Of a stretch of 64,000 nt of DNA, positions 1 to 11,181 are shown one piece after another; the stretch's first letter is position 1, and every line of letters starts with the position of its first letter. The notes under the pieces were generated by a model. The model had not been told where the DNA came from. It searched no databases and saw nothing but the letters and a program-made list of their open reading frames with translations. Position numbers and translations under genes: made by a program. Where the stretch lies: sequence record SRR20825006_1005; one strand, written 5' to 3'.

Positions 1-156
1 ATCTCCGCTGATGTATTCGCGGTGGTCGGCAAATTCGATTCCGCCGCCGGTTTGCATCGTTCGTCGCTGGGCCAATAGTTGCCCCTTGAACATCCGCTTT
101 GATAAGAGCGAAAGGTATTCCAGTCGCTTCAGAAAGTCCGAGTCAAAGACGGTCAT
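1..156 (-). CDS. DUF58-family protein (MoxR-associated), 5' part only; runs off the window edge
   Basis: Manual translation from ATG at 156 gives MTVFDSDFLKRLEYLSLLSKRMFKGQLLAQRRTMQTGGGIEFADHREYISGD, with the DUF58-type G-x-EFADHREY-x-x-GD motif. The ATG overlaps the MoxR stop codon (ATGA). Confidence 0.85.
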   Translation of the reverse strand, partial: MTVFDSDFLKRLEYLSLLSKRMFKGQLLAQRRTMQTGGGIEFADHREYISGD

Positions 157-1166
157 GCCACAACCACTTCGCTGTGAACGTTTTCGATCAGGTCGTCAAC
201 GATCGCATCGATGGTGATTCCATCCGCTTGGCCCTCAAAGTTCAGCATGACCCGGTGCCGAAGCGTTGCATGGGCCATTTCGCGAATGTCTTCTTTGGCA
301 ACATGAAAGCGACCGTCCAAAACGGCCCGGATTTTTGCACACAAAATCAATGCTTGTGCTCCCCTTGGACTGCTGCCATACCGGACAAATTTTTGCACCA
401 TCGGGGTCGCCGCTTCGTGAGATGGATGGGTGCCCATGATCATCAAAATCGCATAACGCCGAACTTCATCGGCAATCGGGATTTGCCTCGACAGGCGGCG
501 AAGCTCGATCACGCGATCGGAAGACATGATTTTTTGAGGTGGCGGAATCTCTCCTGCTGTGGTGCGGTCCATGATCGTTTCCATTTCCTCGGTCGTCGGA
601 AATGGTACGACCAATTTCATGAGGAAACGATCCAGTTGGGCTTCGGGCAGAGGGTAGGTTCCTTCCATTTCCAGCGGGTTTTGCGTGGCCAACACAAAAA
701 ATAGCCCGTCAAGTTGATGTGAAGTTCCTGCAACCGTGACACTGTGTTCCTGCATTGCTTCTAGCAAGGCGGATTGTGTCTTTGGCGTCGCGCGGTTGAT
801 TTCATCAGCCAGCACCACATTGGCAAAGACCGGGCCGCGTTGAAATTGAAATTCTTTATGGCCGTTTTGTGTTTCGACCAAAATGTTGGTGCCAATTAGG
901 TCGGCCGGCATGAGGTCGGGAGTGAACTGGATACGACCAAAAGAGGCATCTAAAACGTCTGAAAGCGTTCGGACCAAGAGGGTTTTTCCTAAGCCGGGCA
1001 CACCTTCGAGCAAGACATGGCCGCCGGCAATCAAAGATGTCAGCACCCCGTCAACGATTGGTTGTTGACCGACGATGCGTTTGGATACTTCTTCGCGAAG
1101 TCGACCAAAATCCCCACGGAATTGTTCGAGTCGGTCACGCAACTCATTGTCAATCGATTCACTCAT
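153..1166 (-). CDS. moxR: MoxR-family AAA+ ATPase
   Basis: Walker A GVPGLGKT, RIQFTPDLMPAD, Walker B LADEINRATPKTQSALLEAM, ATQNPLEMEGTYPLPEAQLDRF and GSSPRG are all present. Start taken at MSESID (1166). Confidence 0.95.
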   Translation of the reverse strand: MSESIDNELRDRLEQFRGDFGRLREEVSKRIVGQQPIVDGVLTSLIAGGHVLLEGVPGLGKTLLVRTLSDVLDASFGRIQFTPDLMPADLIGTNILVETQNGHKEFQFQRGPVFANVVLADEINRATPKTQSALLEAMQEHSVTVAGTSHQLDGLFFVLATQNPLEMEGTYPLPEAQLDRFLMKLVVPFPTTEEMETIMDRTTAGEIPPPQKIMSSDRVIELRRLSRQIPIADEVRRYAILMIMGTHPSHEAATPMVQKFVRYGSSPRGAQALILCAKIRAVLDGRFHVAKEDIREMAHATLRHRVMLNFEGQADGITIDAIVDDLIENVHSEVVVA

Positions 1167-1334
1167 GTTGTTCCTAATGGTTCGCCATCGCAGCAATCGT
1201 TTGGAAGGTCAGAAGCAGAATACCAGAAAATGTGAGGTGGGGGGTGTCAAGAATTGCATCGCGCGGCGCTGAGCTCTACAGTGAGGATTCATTTGATTGC
1301 TTGGTTCGACTTCCGCTTTGACGTCGAGGTTGCC

Positions 1335-4300
1335 GTGATTCACTGCCGTCCAGTTCGGATCTTTGTCTTTGGTGCATTATTAGTCTTCTTACTTGGAGGC
1401 GGTTTGTTGTGTTTGCCGTCTTCTGCTCAAGAGGCCAGTAACACTGATAGGGAACGCGTGACCGCGGACCGGTTCTTCCAAGTCCTGTTGCGCCGGCCTC
1501 GTCCTGGCACCGCACTGGATCGAGTTTATGGGTATCATGTTCAAAACGGTTCTCTTGATCAGCTGATCGAATCGTTGGATGTAGAAGACGATGCGTCGTC
1601 AGCTGGTGAGAAGGCAATGATCTTAGGGCTGATCCAAGCCCAACGCGGTAAGTCAGCCCTCGCTGTGGAGGCATTCTCGAAGGCAGAAGATCGTTTGCCC
1701 AACGAGGCTGCTTGCAGCTTTTATCTCGGCAAATCGCTGCTTGCTGTTGGCGAAAATGAACGTGCCGCGGCGGCAATTCAACGTTCAATCGACCGGGGGC
1801 CCGCACGCAACGAGGCGGTGCCAATTTTTACTGAGTTAGGTCGGATTTATGGGCGGGCAGGTCAGAACGAAAAGGCATTCGCCGTTTGGAAGCAACTCGA
1901 AGCGATGTTCCCGCGAGATGCCCGCGTCGGGGGCCAAATTGCTCGAGCACTCGCCGAAGAAGGAAACCTGGAAGAAGCACTCGCGCGGTTTGTTGCACTG
2001 TCGAAGAGCAGTCGGGATGAAGACGACAAGATTGCGTTTGCGGTGGAAGCCGCCGAATTGCGACGTCGGTTAGGCGAACCGGATGAAGCGACAAAGGATC
2101 TCGAGAAGATTCTCGCCCGTTTGCGACCAGGGAGTTGGCTTCACACGGATGTTCGCAATCGGATCGAAGATGGGTTCCTCAAATCGGGCGACTACGACGC
2201 ATTGGCGAACTATTACCAAGGGCAGTTGGCGGACTTCACTGACAACTTGGCGTTGCAGACTCGATTGGGCCGCATCTTGGTCTCCGCCGGACGGCTCGAC
2301 GAAGCCAAGAAAACCCTCCTTGACGCGACCACGAAGGCTCCGGGTGACGCCGATGTCCGGTTGGCATTGATCGATGTGTTGGTGGCCTTGGGAGACAATC
2401 AATCAGCTGCGGCACAGTATGAAACGTTGGCAAAAAGTGACCCCGAAAACCCTGACTATTTGCTGCGTTGGGGACAATTGTTGTTGGAAGATCAGAAGAC
2501 GGAATTGAAGGCACGCCGCGAGGCAGCGTCCCGTGTTTGGCAGCAATTGGCCGATGCTCGAAGCGACGATGCTGTCACGCTTTCGCAGATTGCCGATCGA
2601 TTTCGAGGCATCGATCGAGAAGACGATGCGATCAAGTTGTATGAGCAAGCGATTGAGGTCGACCCTGAATCTCCGCAGTACCGCGAGTACTTAGGGGAAT
2701 ATCTGCACAAGCTCGATCGAAAAGAAGAAGCGATCAAGACTTGGGAATCGATCGCCTCTAAAGATCGCCGTAACCGAGACTCACTGGTTCGTTTGGCAGA
2801 AGTATTCAGCACATTTGAACTGGGCGAACGAGCCCTCGCGGCCTGGCGGGATGCGTCAGAAATGGATTTGACGTTTGCTCAAGAGTTGCGTTTTGCAAAA
2901 GCACTCCGAGATGCAAAGCAGCATGAAGAAGCGTTCACGCGTTTGGAAGCGGCACGCGACATCGCCGAAACTCCGGACGAACAAGAACAGGTGTTGAAGG
3001 ACCAAATCGAAACGTATCGACAAGCCGGAACGCTGGGTGAGCAGATCGCGACGCTAAAGACGCAACCGCCAACGGTCGATCGATTGCGGCAATTGGCCTT
3101 GATGCATCAAGCGGCTGGTCAATTGCCCGATGCGGCGGAGGCGATTCGTCAAGCTCGAAAGTCAGAGCCCGACAACGTGGACGTGTTGGTGGTCGCCGCC
3201 GACATTGCTGAGCGACAGACCCGTTTGTCTGACGCGGTGACTTTGTTTGAAAAACTATCCCAAGTCGACACCAGGTTTCGTACCAACTATTTGCAACGCG
3301 TCGCGGGGCTGCAAACCCGTCTTGGACAAATCGATGAGGCGCTGGCGACATGCGAATCGTTGATTGATGCCAACCCAGCCAGTCCTGAGTCCTACCTGTT
3401 CTACGCACGAACGGCGCTCAGCGCCAACCGTGATGATGAAGCGTTCACCTCACTACGCCGGGCGATGAACGTGGCTCCACGCGACAACGGACCACGGAGG
3501 ATGATGGCCTCAGAATTGGCTGAGCGTTATCGGACCGACGAAGCAATCGAGCTGTACTGGCAAGCGATCCAGTATGAGTCTCAAACAGACGACCGGATCA
3601 GCTTAGTCAAGCAGTTAGCACCGCTGTACGATCGCCAAGGTGATATCGAAGAGCTGATCTCGAGAATTGAGTCGCTTGGCCGCGAAGACGGGGATGCCCG
3701 AGAAACTTTGCTTTTAACGTCTGCCGCATACGAAGCGATTGAAGATTATGGGGCCGCGCGGCAATCGATTGACCAGTTGATTGCGCAACAACCTCGCGAT
3801 GTTGGGTTGCTCGAGGCGATGGTCAACTTAAGTGATTTGGCGGATGAGGTCGCGACGGCGGCTGAGTATCAGGAGCGAATCGTCGCACTCGCTGACACAC
3901 CTGAGAATCGTTTCAAGCTAGTGCAATTGAAACTCGACGCGGGAATGATCGATATCGCGACGGCACTCGGCGAACGAATCTCTTTGGTATCCGATCCGGT
4001 TCGTTTGGGATCGATGATCCGGTCCGCTGCGATGCGTGGTGACACCAAGGCAGCAATCGCGATCTGTCGCGAGGCACTCGATCGCGACCCTGGATTGTGG
4101 GATGTGAAGCTCGAGTTGGCTCAACTGTTGCTTTACGACGATAGTGATGACGACCAAAAGGAACGCTATGAAGAGGCGGGTGAACTATGCGAGCAGATCC
4201 GCACGATGGATCTGCCGCTGGACGCGAAGCCGCCGACTCAGAAGACGGTCAAGACTAGCTCACGCAACACCAATTACCCGGCGGACTACTTAACCAATCC

Positions 4301-7300
4301 GAGATATTGGGGACAAAGCAGCTACACGATGGCTCGCAACTATCGGATTGGCCGATATGGAAATGATTTGTTTGGATACAGCAGTGGCGCGACCACCCTG
4401 AACATTATCCAACCCAACGTTTTTGGGCATACGCGTATTCTGGCGGCATCGCTGCTGTTGGTGCGTGGAGCCAAGGAAGCACCGGCGGGAGAAGTCGAAT
4501 CCAAGATCGAGGAGATGATGAGAGAGCAGTTCAGCATTGCCGACATCGAAGAGGTCGACGATGCGATGGTGCTTTGGGAGTACACCTCATTGCAATCGTT
4601 CCAGTCGGTGTTTGCGACGAATACCAACACCAACGAAGACGATGCGGAGGCCACCGAAGCGAAACGGCGGCAGGAGATGCTGAGCTGGCGATTGGCTGAG
4701 CTTGATCCTGAATATGGCCAGACAGCTGTGTTGTCGCTGTTGGGGTCTCGCATCGCGGTTCCGGATGAGGAAGAAACCAAAGAGTCTGAGGAAGATGGTG
4801 AAAAGGAGGAACAGCTTGAACCCCTTTCGACAGAACGCTTGGAGATCTTGGTTGATCTGTTCAACAAGAACAAAGTCACGACGCAAACAACGTCTCTGCA
4901 AACGGCGTCAAGTCAGTTGATGCTGCGGAGTATCTTGATCAACGAATTCAACCGAGCTGGACTACCGCAAAGAGCAGCCGAGTTTGCCATTCCTGATCCT
5001 GAGGAAGACGCATCGTACGACGAGCTCTTGTCCACTCTTATGTTTCATTTGCGGATGGGATCAGAGGATCGGGCCAGCGAGTTGGTAAGCCGGCTGATTC
5101 CTGCGATTCGAAATGAGACGGGTGGCAAGGCCACGCAAACGAGGAGTTCCATCAACGGTTCGCTCGGAGGCATTTCGCGAGCATCCGACCGGAGTAAAGC
5201 GTTCGTTGACAAACACCGACTCGAGTTGCTCGATGCTGTTTTGGCAGCGAGCATCAATCGTGGGAATCTTTCTCGTAGTCGCAACAGTTCGCTCTCCGAA
5301 GGCATGCTGCGAACCTACTATCAATCACCAACGGGAAGTTACCGGTCAATTCAGATCAAAGCTCCTTTGTCCACCTCGCTGATTGATCAATCCATGGTGT
5401 CTGAGCTATCGAGTCTGATACCGGTTGACTTGTCACAAAAAGTGAATGCTCGTGATCGATCGCTGCGGGTTCCATTGGAAATGATCGAGCATCTTCAGAA
5501 ACCTCTCCCGGACGCTCCGGTTCACGAATTGAAGTCGCGTGGTGTGCTGGCGGCGTTTGCTCATTGGTGGGACGACCGACCCGAGGACTGCTATCGTGAA
5601 TTGATCGAGCTTTGCGAAAAGTATCCCGACGACATTGACCTGCAGATCGAGAGAGCTCGTTTGGCGAGCGAGTTGAATCAACCCCGCGTTGCACTGGAGG
5701 CGTTGGATTCTTTCGATCCGCTGGACAGTCGCATGTTGGTTCGCAAAGAGATGGCGGCAATGAACTTGGCCGCAGAACTCGGGGACATCGATCGCGCGAA
5801 GCAGGCTGCGCAGCGATTGTTCGGAATGCGGATGGACACAAATACGCAACTGGCGTTGGTGGACCAACTGCGTCGCTTAGGAATGAATGACAAGGCTGCC
5901 GCGGTGTTGCGCCGGATACGAGGCGGTAAGAGTCGCGATGAAAGTGTCGAGTTGCAGATCGCGAGATCCTTCATGGCCAGCGACGACAAGGAGTCGGCTG
6001 CCGAAGTCGCGTACGCTTTGCTGCGAAAAATGGGCAGTGGACGACGTCAAAACCAAAGCAATCAAGACTACTATCGCCGACAAGCGGTCGAGATTTTGAC
6101 ATCGGCGGGACGGATGGAACCGTTGATTGAACGAGCCGAGCGGCGTCTGAAAGCTTCACCCTCCTCAATGCGTGTGCGATCTGAGTTGGCGGAACTTTAT
6201 ACGGCAGCCGGTCGCTCCGACGACGCAGAAGCTCTTTGGGAAGATGCCCCTACCGACCGTCCGGTCGATGCGAGGCAGTTGCTGGCACGGGCGGCCGCTT
6301 TAGACAAGAGTAAAAAGCATAAAGAAGCGGCTGAGATGTATCTGGATGCTTTTGAGAAAGATCCCAGCTTGATAAACAACAGCTACTACGAAATGCGTCG
6401 AGCGGTTCAAGCGGCGAAAAGCGAAGACGCGATGTTCGAAAGGTTATTGGAGTTTGACCCTGCGACCTTGTCCTCCTATCGATTGGGGGAATTTGTGTCG
6501 ATGGGTGATCGAAGAAATTTCAGTGAGGCAAAACGCAAATTCATCGGTCATGCGCTGAAGAGTCCGTATGGTCGCCAAAACTTCTATTCCATCCTCCGCA
6601 ACGTACCCGATTCCGAACGAAAGAATATTCCGGGGATTCGAGAGACCGTGGTCGAGGCGATTTGCGGTGACGATGCTTTTTCGCCGACGTCAACACTTTG
6701 GCAGGTTCGCAGCCGTTCAAGTGGCGGAACAGCAATTGGTCCGTTGGATGATATTATCGCCTTGGTCGTTACAGACGAGGCGGTAGCCAACAAGTTTGGC
6801 GAGGCGGCAGAGAAGGCCAGGAAGACAGAAACCTCGAAACCGACTGCTGAGTTTTTGCTCGCCCTAATGGACCTGAAAAAGTCGGAGCAAAAGGACAAAG
6901 CAGCTGAACGACTTCGCAGTGCGATTCCCAAAAGAGAAGAGGGCGAAGAACGTGGGGCTCAAGCCATTAGCGGTGGTTTGGTATGGCAGGCTGGACAAGT
7001 CGTCGAAAAAGTGGGTGGCATTCCCGATCGCCCAGCGATGTTGGTCGAGATGTACGAGTACGCCAGCGACGATCCCAATATCACACCGAACGATTTTCAA
7101 TACTCAGTATCCGCTCGGTTGCTCGACGTATACGCGGCCAATGGTCAGAGTGGTTTGGCTCGTCAGTTCGCGCTTGATGGCTATGCTTCGATCAATAATT
7201 CCGAACAGAACCAATACAACCCCGGCTACGGGGACTATCAAGATTTGAGGCAGTTCAAATCAATTGCCGACAAGTTGGTCAGCATGGGATGCCCGATTGA

Positions 7301-10300
7301 CGCACTTGTGATCTATCGACGTGCTCTTTCGGATCCAGGCCGGTTCGAGCGAGCCAAACGTTATGGCTCCGGGACAACGAGCGAGTCCTTCGTCAAAGCA
7401 GCCGAGGCAGCAGCCGAAGCTGTGACGCCCAAAGCAAGCACGCAATACATTCAGTGGCTCACTGAAGAACTTGCCGAGTCGAAAGACGCCAAGAAGCGGG
7501 CAATCAGCGTCGATCTAATGGACTTGCCCGTCGAGATGCTGTTAGCAGGCGATGCCGAACCAGGTCTGACGATGGCAATTCGTTCCTCGCTTGAGATCGA
7601 TGAAGGACACGAAGCCGTGGCTGAACTGGCGTCCGTGCTCAGCGATCTCTCATCTGTCCATGCCGAGGATTGGTCGCTGCCCGCGGCGGAACTTTTGATT
7701 GCTGCGCATACCGATTCGGAAGGGATTGAACCCACTACAGCTCGCTTGTTCGAGATCCTTCCGTCTTTGGAAGAGGTGACCGCCGCGGCAGGGACTCCTT
7801 CGACTGAGAAGTACAAACCTTTGTTAGATTTGTATCCGGTGGTTAAATCGGTTCACGAATCCGATCCAGACGCGGACACCGAAGTTGGCAAGAGCTTGAT
7901 TGACTATTTGGCCAGCGTCGCCGGAACGACCGGGGATCCTCGGCTCGAGTTGGCTCTGTCGAAATTAACAGGCGATGATTCGCAATCGTTCGCGAATTAT
8001 CTGGACCGGATCGAGGCTGACGTTGAGCCGGGCGCACCACTTTCAAAAGACAAATGCGAGACCGCATTGGGGATTGCACGAACCGCTGCGATGGATGGTG
8101 ACATCGAAATTTCCACGCGTGCTCTGACGTTGGCGCTTGGCTACGGTCCGCCTCTGCGGCAGATGGGGACGACGGGCGATGCATTCACGATCAGTCGGCA
8201 GCCTACGAATGTTCGAGATCGCGACGATGGTGGGATGGGTGAGCTCACTCGGCAAGTCAACGAAATCATCGATCTCTACTCGGATTCGACTGGAAAAAAG
8301 CTAGGCAAACGCGATCCAGAACCTGAGGACTCAAACACGAGTGATTCGGAGACTGGCGATGTTGCATCTAGCAATGAGGCGTCCGGGGATGGCGACAGGC
8401 CAAAGAGCGACCCAGCGACATCGATACCTTTGATTTTCGAGGCGTTGCGGACAATCGTGCTGCCGCCGGAACGCGCGGCAACGGTGTTCCCCTATGCGAC
8501 CGAGATCGTGTCAACCACCGGATATGACCGGGGTGTGTTGGCCGACGACTCCGGAAAGGAATCAGCTGCTAAGTCGCTGATGATCGCAGCGGTCCTATGC
8601 GATCGCTCGCCGCAACTGGATGAGTTACTGCAAGAGCGGATTGCGAAATCAACTGACAAAGCGACGAGTGCGAGTCTGTTGGTTGATTTCGCAATGGCGT
8701 CCAAGGACGAGGAAAAGCTCGTGTCGGCTTTGGACTCCTTCGCTGAATCGCTGGATTCGGTGTTGCCTGAGGTCAGCGAAATCACGTCATCCGCTTCGAC
8801 GCCGAACTTGATCACATCTCAGATGCAACAAGAGTCTTATCGCAAAAGTGAAACCATCAATCTTGTTCTCGGATGCATTTGGCCACTGCTGCAAGACCCA
8901 AGCGACCTAGCGAGTGCACCTCAGGTTGCGGAGAGGGCCGGTGAGTTGCTGCAACGCACCGCTGGCTTGATTGACTCCGATAGCTACACCTCGAATCGTC
9001 ATCGAAGCATCGCCAGTAAGCTTCGCCGTTTGATGTTGAAGAGTGCCGCGAAGAGTAGCGACGTTGAGCGTTTCCAAACCGTGCTCGACGCTGAAATCGT
9101 GACCCGTGAAGCACGCTACGCGAACTACGATGGTGACCGCCGCGATGAATACGTCCAGCGTGAACTGGAGCGGTTGCTAGGTGAATTGATTGATGACGGG
9201 TCGGTGGATCAAACCCCTGGCTTCATTCGCAAGTTGATCGCAATGAAACAGGCTGATGATTCGAATCGTGATTCGATGACACCAGCCAAACTGGCGGTCG
9301 CAATCAATGAGTTGCCCGAGGCAAAGCAGTTTGACCTGCTAATGCAGATTGCGATGGGAGACGACGCCGACAGCCCGATCATGCATTGGACCGGGTTCGT
9401 TCGGTATGACACGCCGCCGGAATCCGTTCGTCGGCAAACTCCGCGATTGGAAGACTTTAAGTCACTGGTCACTTCGACTTCCCAGATTCCAACGGTCGAC
9501 ACTCTTTTAATGCTTGCCGATTTGGCAGCCAAAACAAACAAGTCAGCCGACGTCGCCGAGGCATTGATTGAGCGGAGCAAGCGAATAGGCGATGACGCCG
9601 ATATTGCAGCCGCATTGGTCCGCTTGGCGGGTCAGTTGAAGAACGGAGGCAACGCAGAGTCTGATTCGCTCCTCAAGACTTTGGATGCGATCAAGGCCGA
9701 CTTGATCGCCAACAAGCCTACCAAGCAAGACACAACGCTCGAGTATCCAATGTTGGTGACCTATTTGATCGCTCGATGCATTGATGCCGGAGTGGCGGTT
9801 GACCAGACAAAGCCATTGCTTGCAAAGCTCTTGCCATATGCAACTCGAAGTCAGCGAAACACTGTGACGTCTGCTTTGGGCAGAACCATGGCGTTTGCTG
9901 GAGTGGGGCGAGCAGCCGGTGCGACTGAGGGTTCGCCTTTGACGCAATTTGTTCCAGTCAGGTTGCCGGCAGGAGCGACTCCTGACACGGAAACCTTGCA
10001 TCCACTCTACGCGATGGATGACGAAGGATGGGTCAGTGCTACGAGTGGTGACAATCAATCGCTTTTGATGCTTCGTTTTCCCATCGTAGGCGAGTTTGGA
10101 TTTTCGGCCGACATCTGGGATGGCAATCCGGGGGCAAGCAACATCGGTTACGGTGGTGTGCTGTACCAATCTGATGGATGGGAGAAGAAAGCTCGAATCA
10201 CCGCCATGGCGGGCAGCACCGTGAAAGTGTCGGTACCGTCCATTGAAAATGGGAAGGTAAACGAAGAAGCGTTAAACGTCACGGAAAACGAAGTCATCGG

Positions 10301-11114
10301 ACTGTGTAATGGCGAACCCTATGTCAATGATTTGAGAACACGGTCCTATCCTTGGTTGTCAGTCACGCATGAAATGAGTCGGACCACGAGGTTCAACAAC
10401 ATTCGTCTGACGGGGAATCCTGTGATCCCAGAGCAGATCAATCCAATTGATCCAACCATGAGAGGCTGGGGCATTTTGACATACGGACGTGGTTTGCCAG
10501 ATCCCTTGTTGCCCTTTGGGGAAGGTCAGGAAGCCGATGAAATTTACGAGGCCCGCCAGGCCGCGAGCGAGAAAGACCAAGCCAAGTGGTCAGTGAAGGA
10601 AAACGAACTGAAATACACGACGGCACAAGCGGACAATGTCTATGATCCGTCGAGCCACATCGAATACCTGCGTCCATTGCTAGACGGTGACTCGATGGAG
10701 TATTCGTTTTGGTGGGAGTGGGATGATACGGAGGTTCAACCGACCGTCGGTCGCATGGCGTTGAAGTTCACCAAAGACGGTACCCTGCCCAACTGGATTC
10801 GAATTACCAATGATCTGGCGTCGACCGAGTTTGTCGCAGTGAACAAACTGGATCCACCAGCCGATCCGGTTGCACCGGACAACGTGCCCAACGATCAAGC
10901 GTGGAACACAGTGAAGTTGACCCGTGATGGTGACACCGTGCGAGTGACATTGAACGACAAACCCTTGATCAGCCTACCTGTCGCTGATCCACCCCGCCCG
11001 GGTTTGCTGAGGGAGCTCAAGCGAAATGTTCGCATCCGCGATATGAAGCTGACGGGAGATTGGCCCAAAGAAGTTCCCGCGGACTTAATGGAGCGATCGA
11101 CAGCCAAAGACTGA
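1335..11114 (+). CDS. Giant exported tetratricopeptide-repeat protein (~3260 aa) with C-terminal beta-rich planctomycete-type domains (DUF1583/DUF1581-like)
   Basis: GTG at 1335 follows GAGGT. Signal peptide ends LPSSA|Q. The N-terminal ~1700 aa contain many TPR-like helical hairpins ending in 'DP/AP' turns. The C-terminal part is beta-rich (EYLRPLLDGDSMEYSFWW, WNTVKLTRDGD). The DUF name is from memory, not from a search. Confidence 0.8.
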   Translation: MIHCRPVRIFVFGALLVFLLGGGLLCLPSSAQEASNTDRERVTADRFFQVLLRRPRPGTALDRVYGYHVQNGSLDQLIESLDVEDDASSAGEKAMILGLIQAQRGKSALAVEAFSKAEDRLPNEAACSFYLGKSLLAVGENERAAAAIQRSIDRGPARNEAVPIFTELGRIYGRAGQNEKAFAVWKQLEAMFPRDARVGGQIARALAEEGNLEEALARFVALSKSSRDEDDKIAFAVEAAELRRRLGEPDEATKDLEKILARLRPGSWLHTDVRNRIEDGFLKSGDYDALANYYQGQLADFTDNLALQTRLGRILVSAGRLDEAKKTLLDATTKAPGDADVRLALIDVLVALGDNQSAAAQYETLAKSDPENPDYLLRWGQLLLEDQKTELKARREAASRVWQQLADARSDDAVTLSQIADRFRGIDREDDAIKLYEQAIEVDPESPQYREYLGEYLHKLDRKEEAIKTWESIASKDRRNRDSLVRLAEVFSTFELGERALAAWRDASEMDLTFAQELRFAKALRDAKQHEEAFTRLEAARDIAETPDEQEQVLKDQIETYRQAGTLGEQIATLKTQPPTVDRLRQLALMHQAAGQLPDAAEAIRQARKSEPDNVDVLVVAADIAERQTRLSDAVTLFEKLSQVDTRFRTNYLQRVAGLQTRLGQIDEALATCESLIDANPASPESYLFYARTALSANRDDEAFTSLRRAMNVAPRDNGPRRMMASELAERYRTDEAIELYWQAIQYESQTDDRISLVKQLAPLYDRQGDIEELISRIESLGREDGDARETLLLTSAAYEAIEDYGAARQSIDQLIAQQPRDVGLLEAMVNLSDLADEVATAAEYQERIVALADTPENRFKLVQLKLDAGMIDIATALGERISLVSDPVRLGSMIRSAAMRGDTKAAIAICREALDRDPGLWDVKLELAQLLLYDDSDDDQKERYEEAGELCEQIRTMDLPLDAKPPTQKTVKTSSRNTNYPADYLTNPRYWGQSSYTMARNYRIGRYGNDLFGYSSGATTLNIIQPNVFGHTRILAASLLLVRGAKEAPAGEVESKIEEMMREQFSIADIEEVDDAMVLWEYTSLQSFQSVFATNTNTNEDDAEATEAKRRQEMLSWRLAELDPEYGQTAVLSLLGSRIAVPDEEETKESEEDGEKEEQLEPLSTERLEILVDLFNKNKVTTQTTSLQTASSQLMLRSILINEFNRAGLPQRAAEFAIPDPEEDASYDELLSTLMFHLRMGSEDRASELVSRLIPAIRNETGGKATQTRSSINGSLGGISRASDRSKAFVDKHRLELLDAVLAASINRGNLSRSRNSSLSEGMLRTYYQSPTGSYRSIQIKAPLSTSLIDQSMVSELSSLIPVDLSQKVNARDRSLRVPLEMIEHLQKPLPDAPVHELKSRGVLAAFAHWWDDRPEDCYRELIELCEKYPDDIDLQIERARLASELNQPRVALEALDSFDPLDSRMLVRKEMAAMNLAAELGDIDRAKQAAQRLFGMRMDTNTQLALVDQLRRLGMNDKAAAVLRRIRGGKSRDESVELQIARSFMASDDKESAAEVAYALLRKMGSGRRQNQSNQDYYRRQAVEILTSAGRMEPLIERAERRLKASPSSMRVRSELAELYTAAGRSDDAEALWEDAPTDRPVDARQLLARAAALDKSKKHKEAAEMYLDAFEKDPSLINNSYYEMRRAVQAAKSEDAMFERLLEFDPATLSSYRLGEFVSMGDRRNFSEAKRKFIGHALKSPYGRQNFYSILRNVPDSERKNIPGIRETVVEAICGDDAFSPTSTLWQVRSRSSGGTAIGPLDDIIALVVTDEAVANKFGEAAEKARKTETSKPTAEFLLALMDLKKSEQKDKAAERLRSAIPKREEGEERGAQAISGGLVWQAGQVVEKVGGIPDRPAMLVEMYEYASDDPNITPNDFQYSVSARLLDVYAANGQSGLARQFALDGYASINNSEQNQYNPGYGDYQDLRQFKSIADKLVSMGCPIDALVIYRRALSDPGRFERAKRYGSGTTSESFVKAAEAAAEAVTPKASTQYIQWLTEELAESKDAKKRAISVDLMDLPVEMLLAGDAEPGLTMAIRSSLEIDEGHEAVAELASVLSDLSSVHAEDWSLPAAELLIAAHTDSEGIEPTTARLFEILPSLEEVTAAAGTPSTEKYKPLLDLYPVVKSVHESDPDADTEVGKSLIDYLASVAGTTGDPRLELALSKLTGDDSQSFANYLDRIEADVEPGAPLSKDKCETALGIARTAAMDGDIEISTRALTLALGYGPPLRQMGTTGDAFTISRQPTNVRDRDDGGMGELTRQVNEIIDLYSDSTGKKLGKRDPEPEDSNTSDSETGDVASSNEASGDGDRPKSDPATSIPLIFEALRTIVLPPERAATVFPYATEIVSTTGYDRGVLADDSGKESAAKSLMIAAVLCDRSPQLDELLQERIAKSTDKATSASLLVDFAMASKDEEKLVSALDSFAESLDSVLPEVSEITSSASTPNLITSQMQQESYRKSETINLVLGCIWPLLQDPSDLASAPQVAERAGELLQRTAGLIDSDSYTSNRHRSIASKLRRLMLKSAAKSSDVERFQTVLDAEIVTREARYANYDGDRRDEYVQRELERLLGELIDDGSVDQTPGFIRKLIAMKQADDSNRDSMTPAKLAVAINELPEAKQFDLLMQIAMGDDADSPIMHWTGFVRYDTPPESVRRQTPRLEDFKSLVTSTSQIPTVDTLLMLADLAAKTNKSADVAEALIERSKRIGDDADIAAALVRLAGQLKNGGNAESDSLLKTLDAIKADLIANKPTKQDTTLEYPMLVTYLIARCIDAGVAVDQTKPLLAKLLPYATRSQRNTVTSALGRTMAFAGVGRAAGATEGSPLTQFVPVRLPAGATPDTETLHPLYAMDDEGWVSATSGDNQSLLMLRFPIVGEFGFSADIWDGNPGASNIGYGGVLYQSDGWEKKARITAMAGSTVKVSVPSIENGKVNEEALNVTENEVIGLCNGEPYVNDLRTRSYPWLSVTHEMSRTTRFNNIRLTGNPVIPEQINPIDPTMRGWGILTYGRGLPDPLLPFGEGQEADEIYEARQAASEKDQAKWSVKENELKYTTAQADNVYDPSSHIEYLRPLLDGDSMEYSFWWEWDDTEVQPTVGRMALKFTKDGTLPNWIRITNDLASTEFVAVNKLDPPADPVAPDNVPNDQAWNTVKLTRDGDTVRVTLNDKPLISLPVADPPRPGLLRELKRNVRIRDMKLTGDWPKEVPADLMERSTAKD

Positions 11115-11181
11115 CGACGGTATGAGCAGTCGCTGGCCGTCTAGATGGTAGTTTCGTTGAGTCTACCTGACGGAAGAAATC

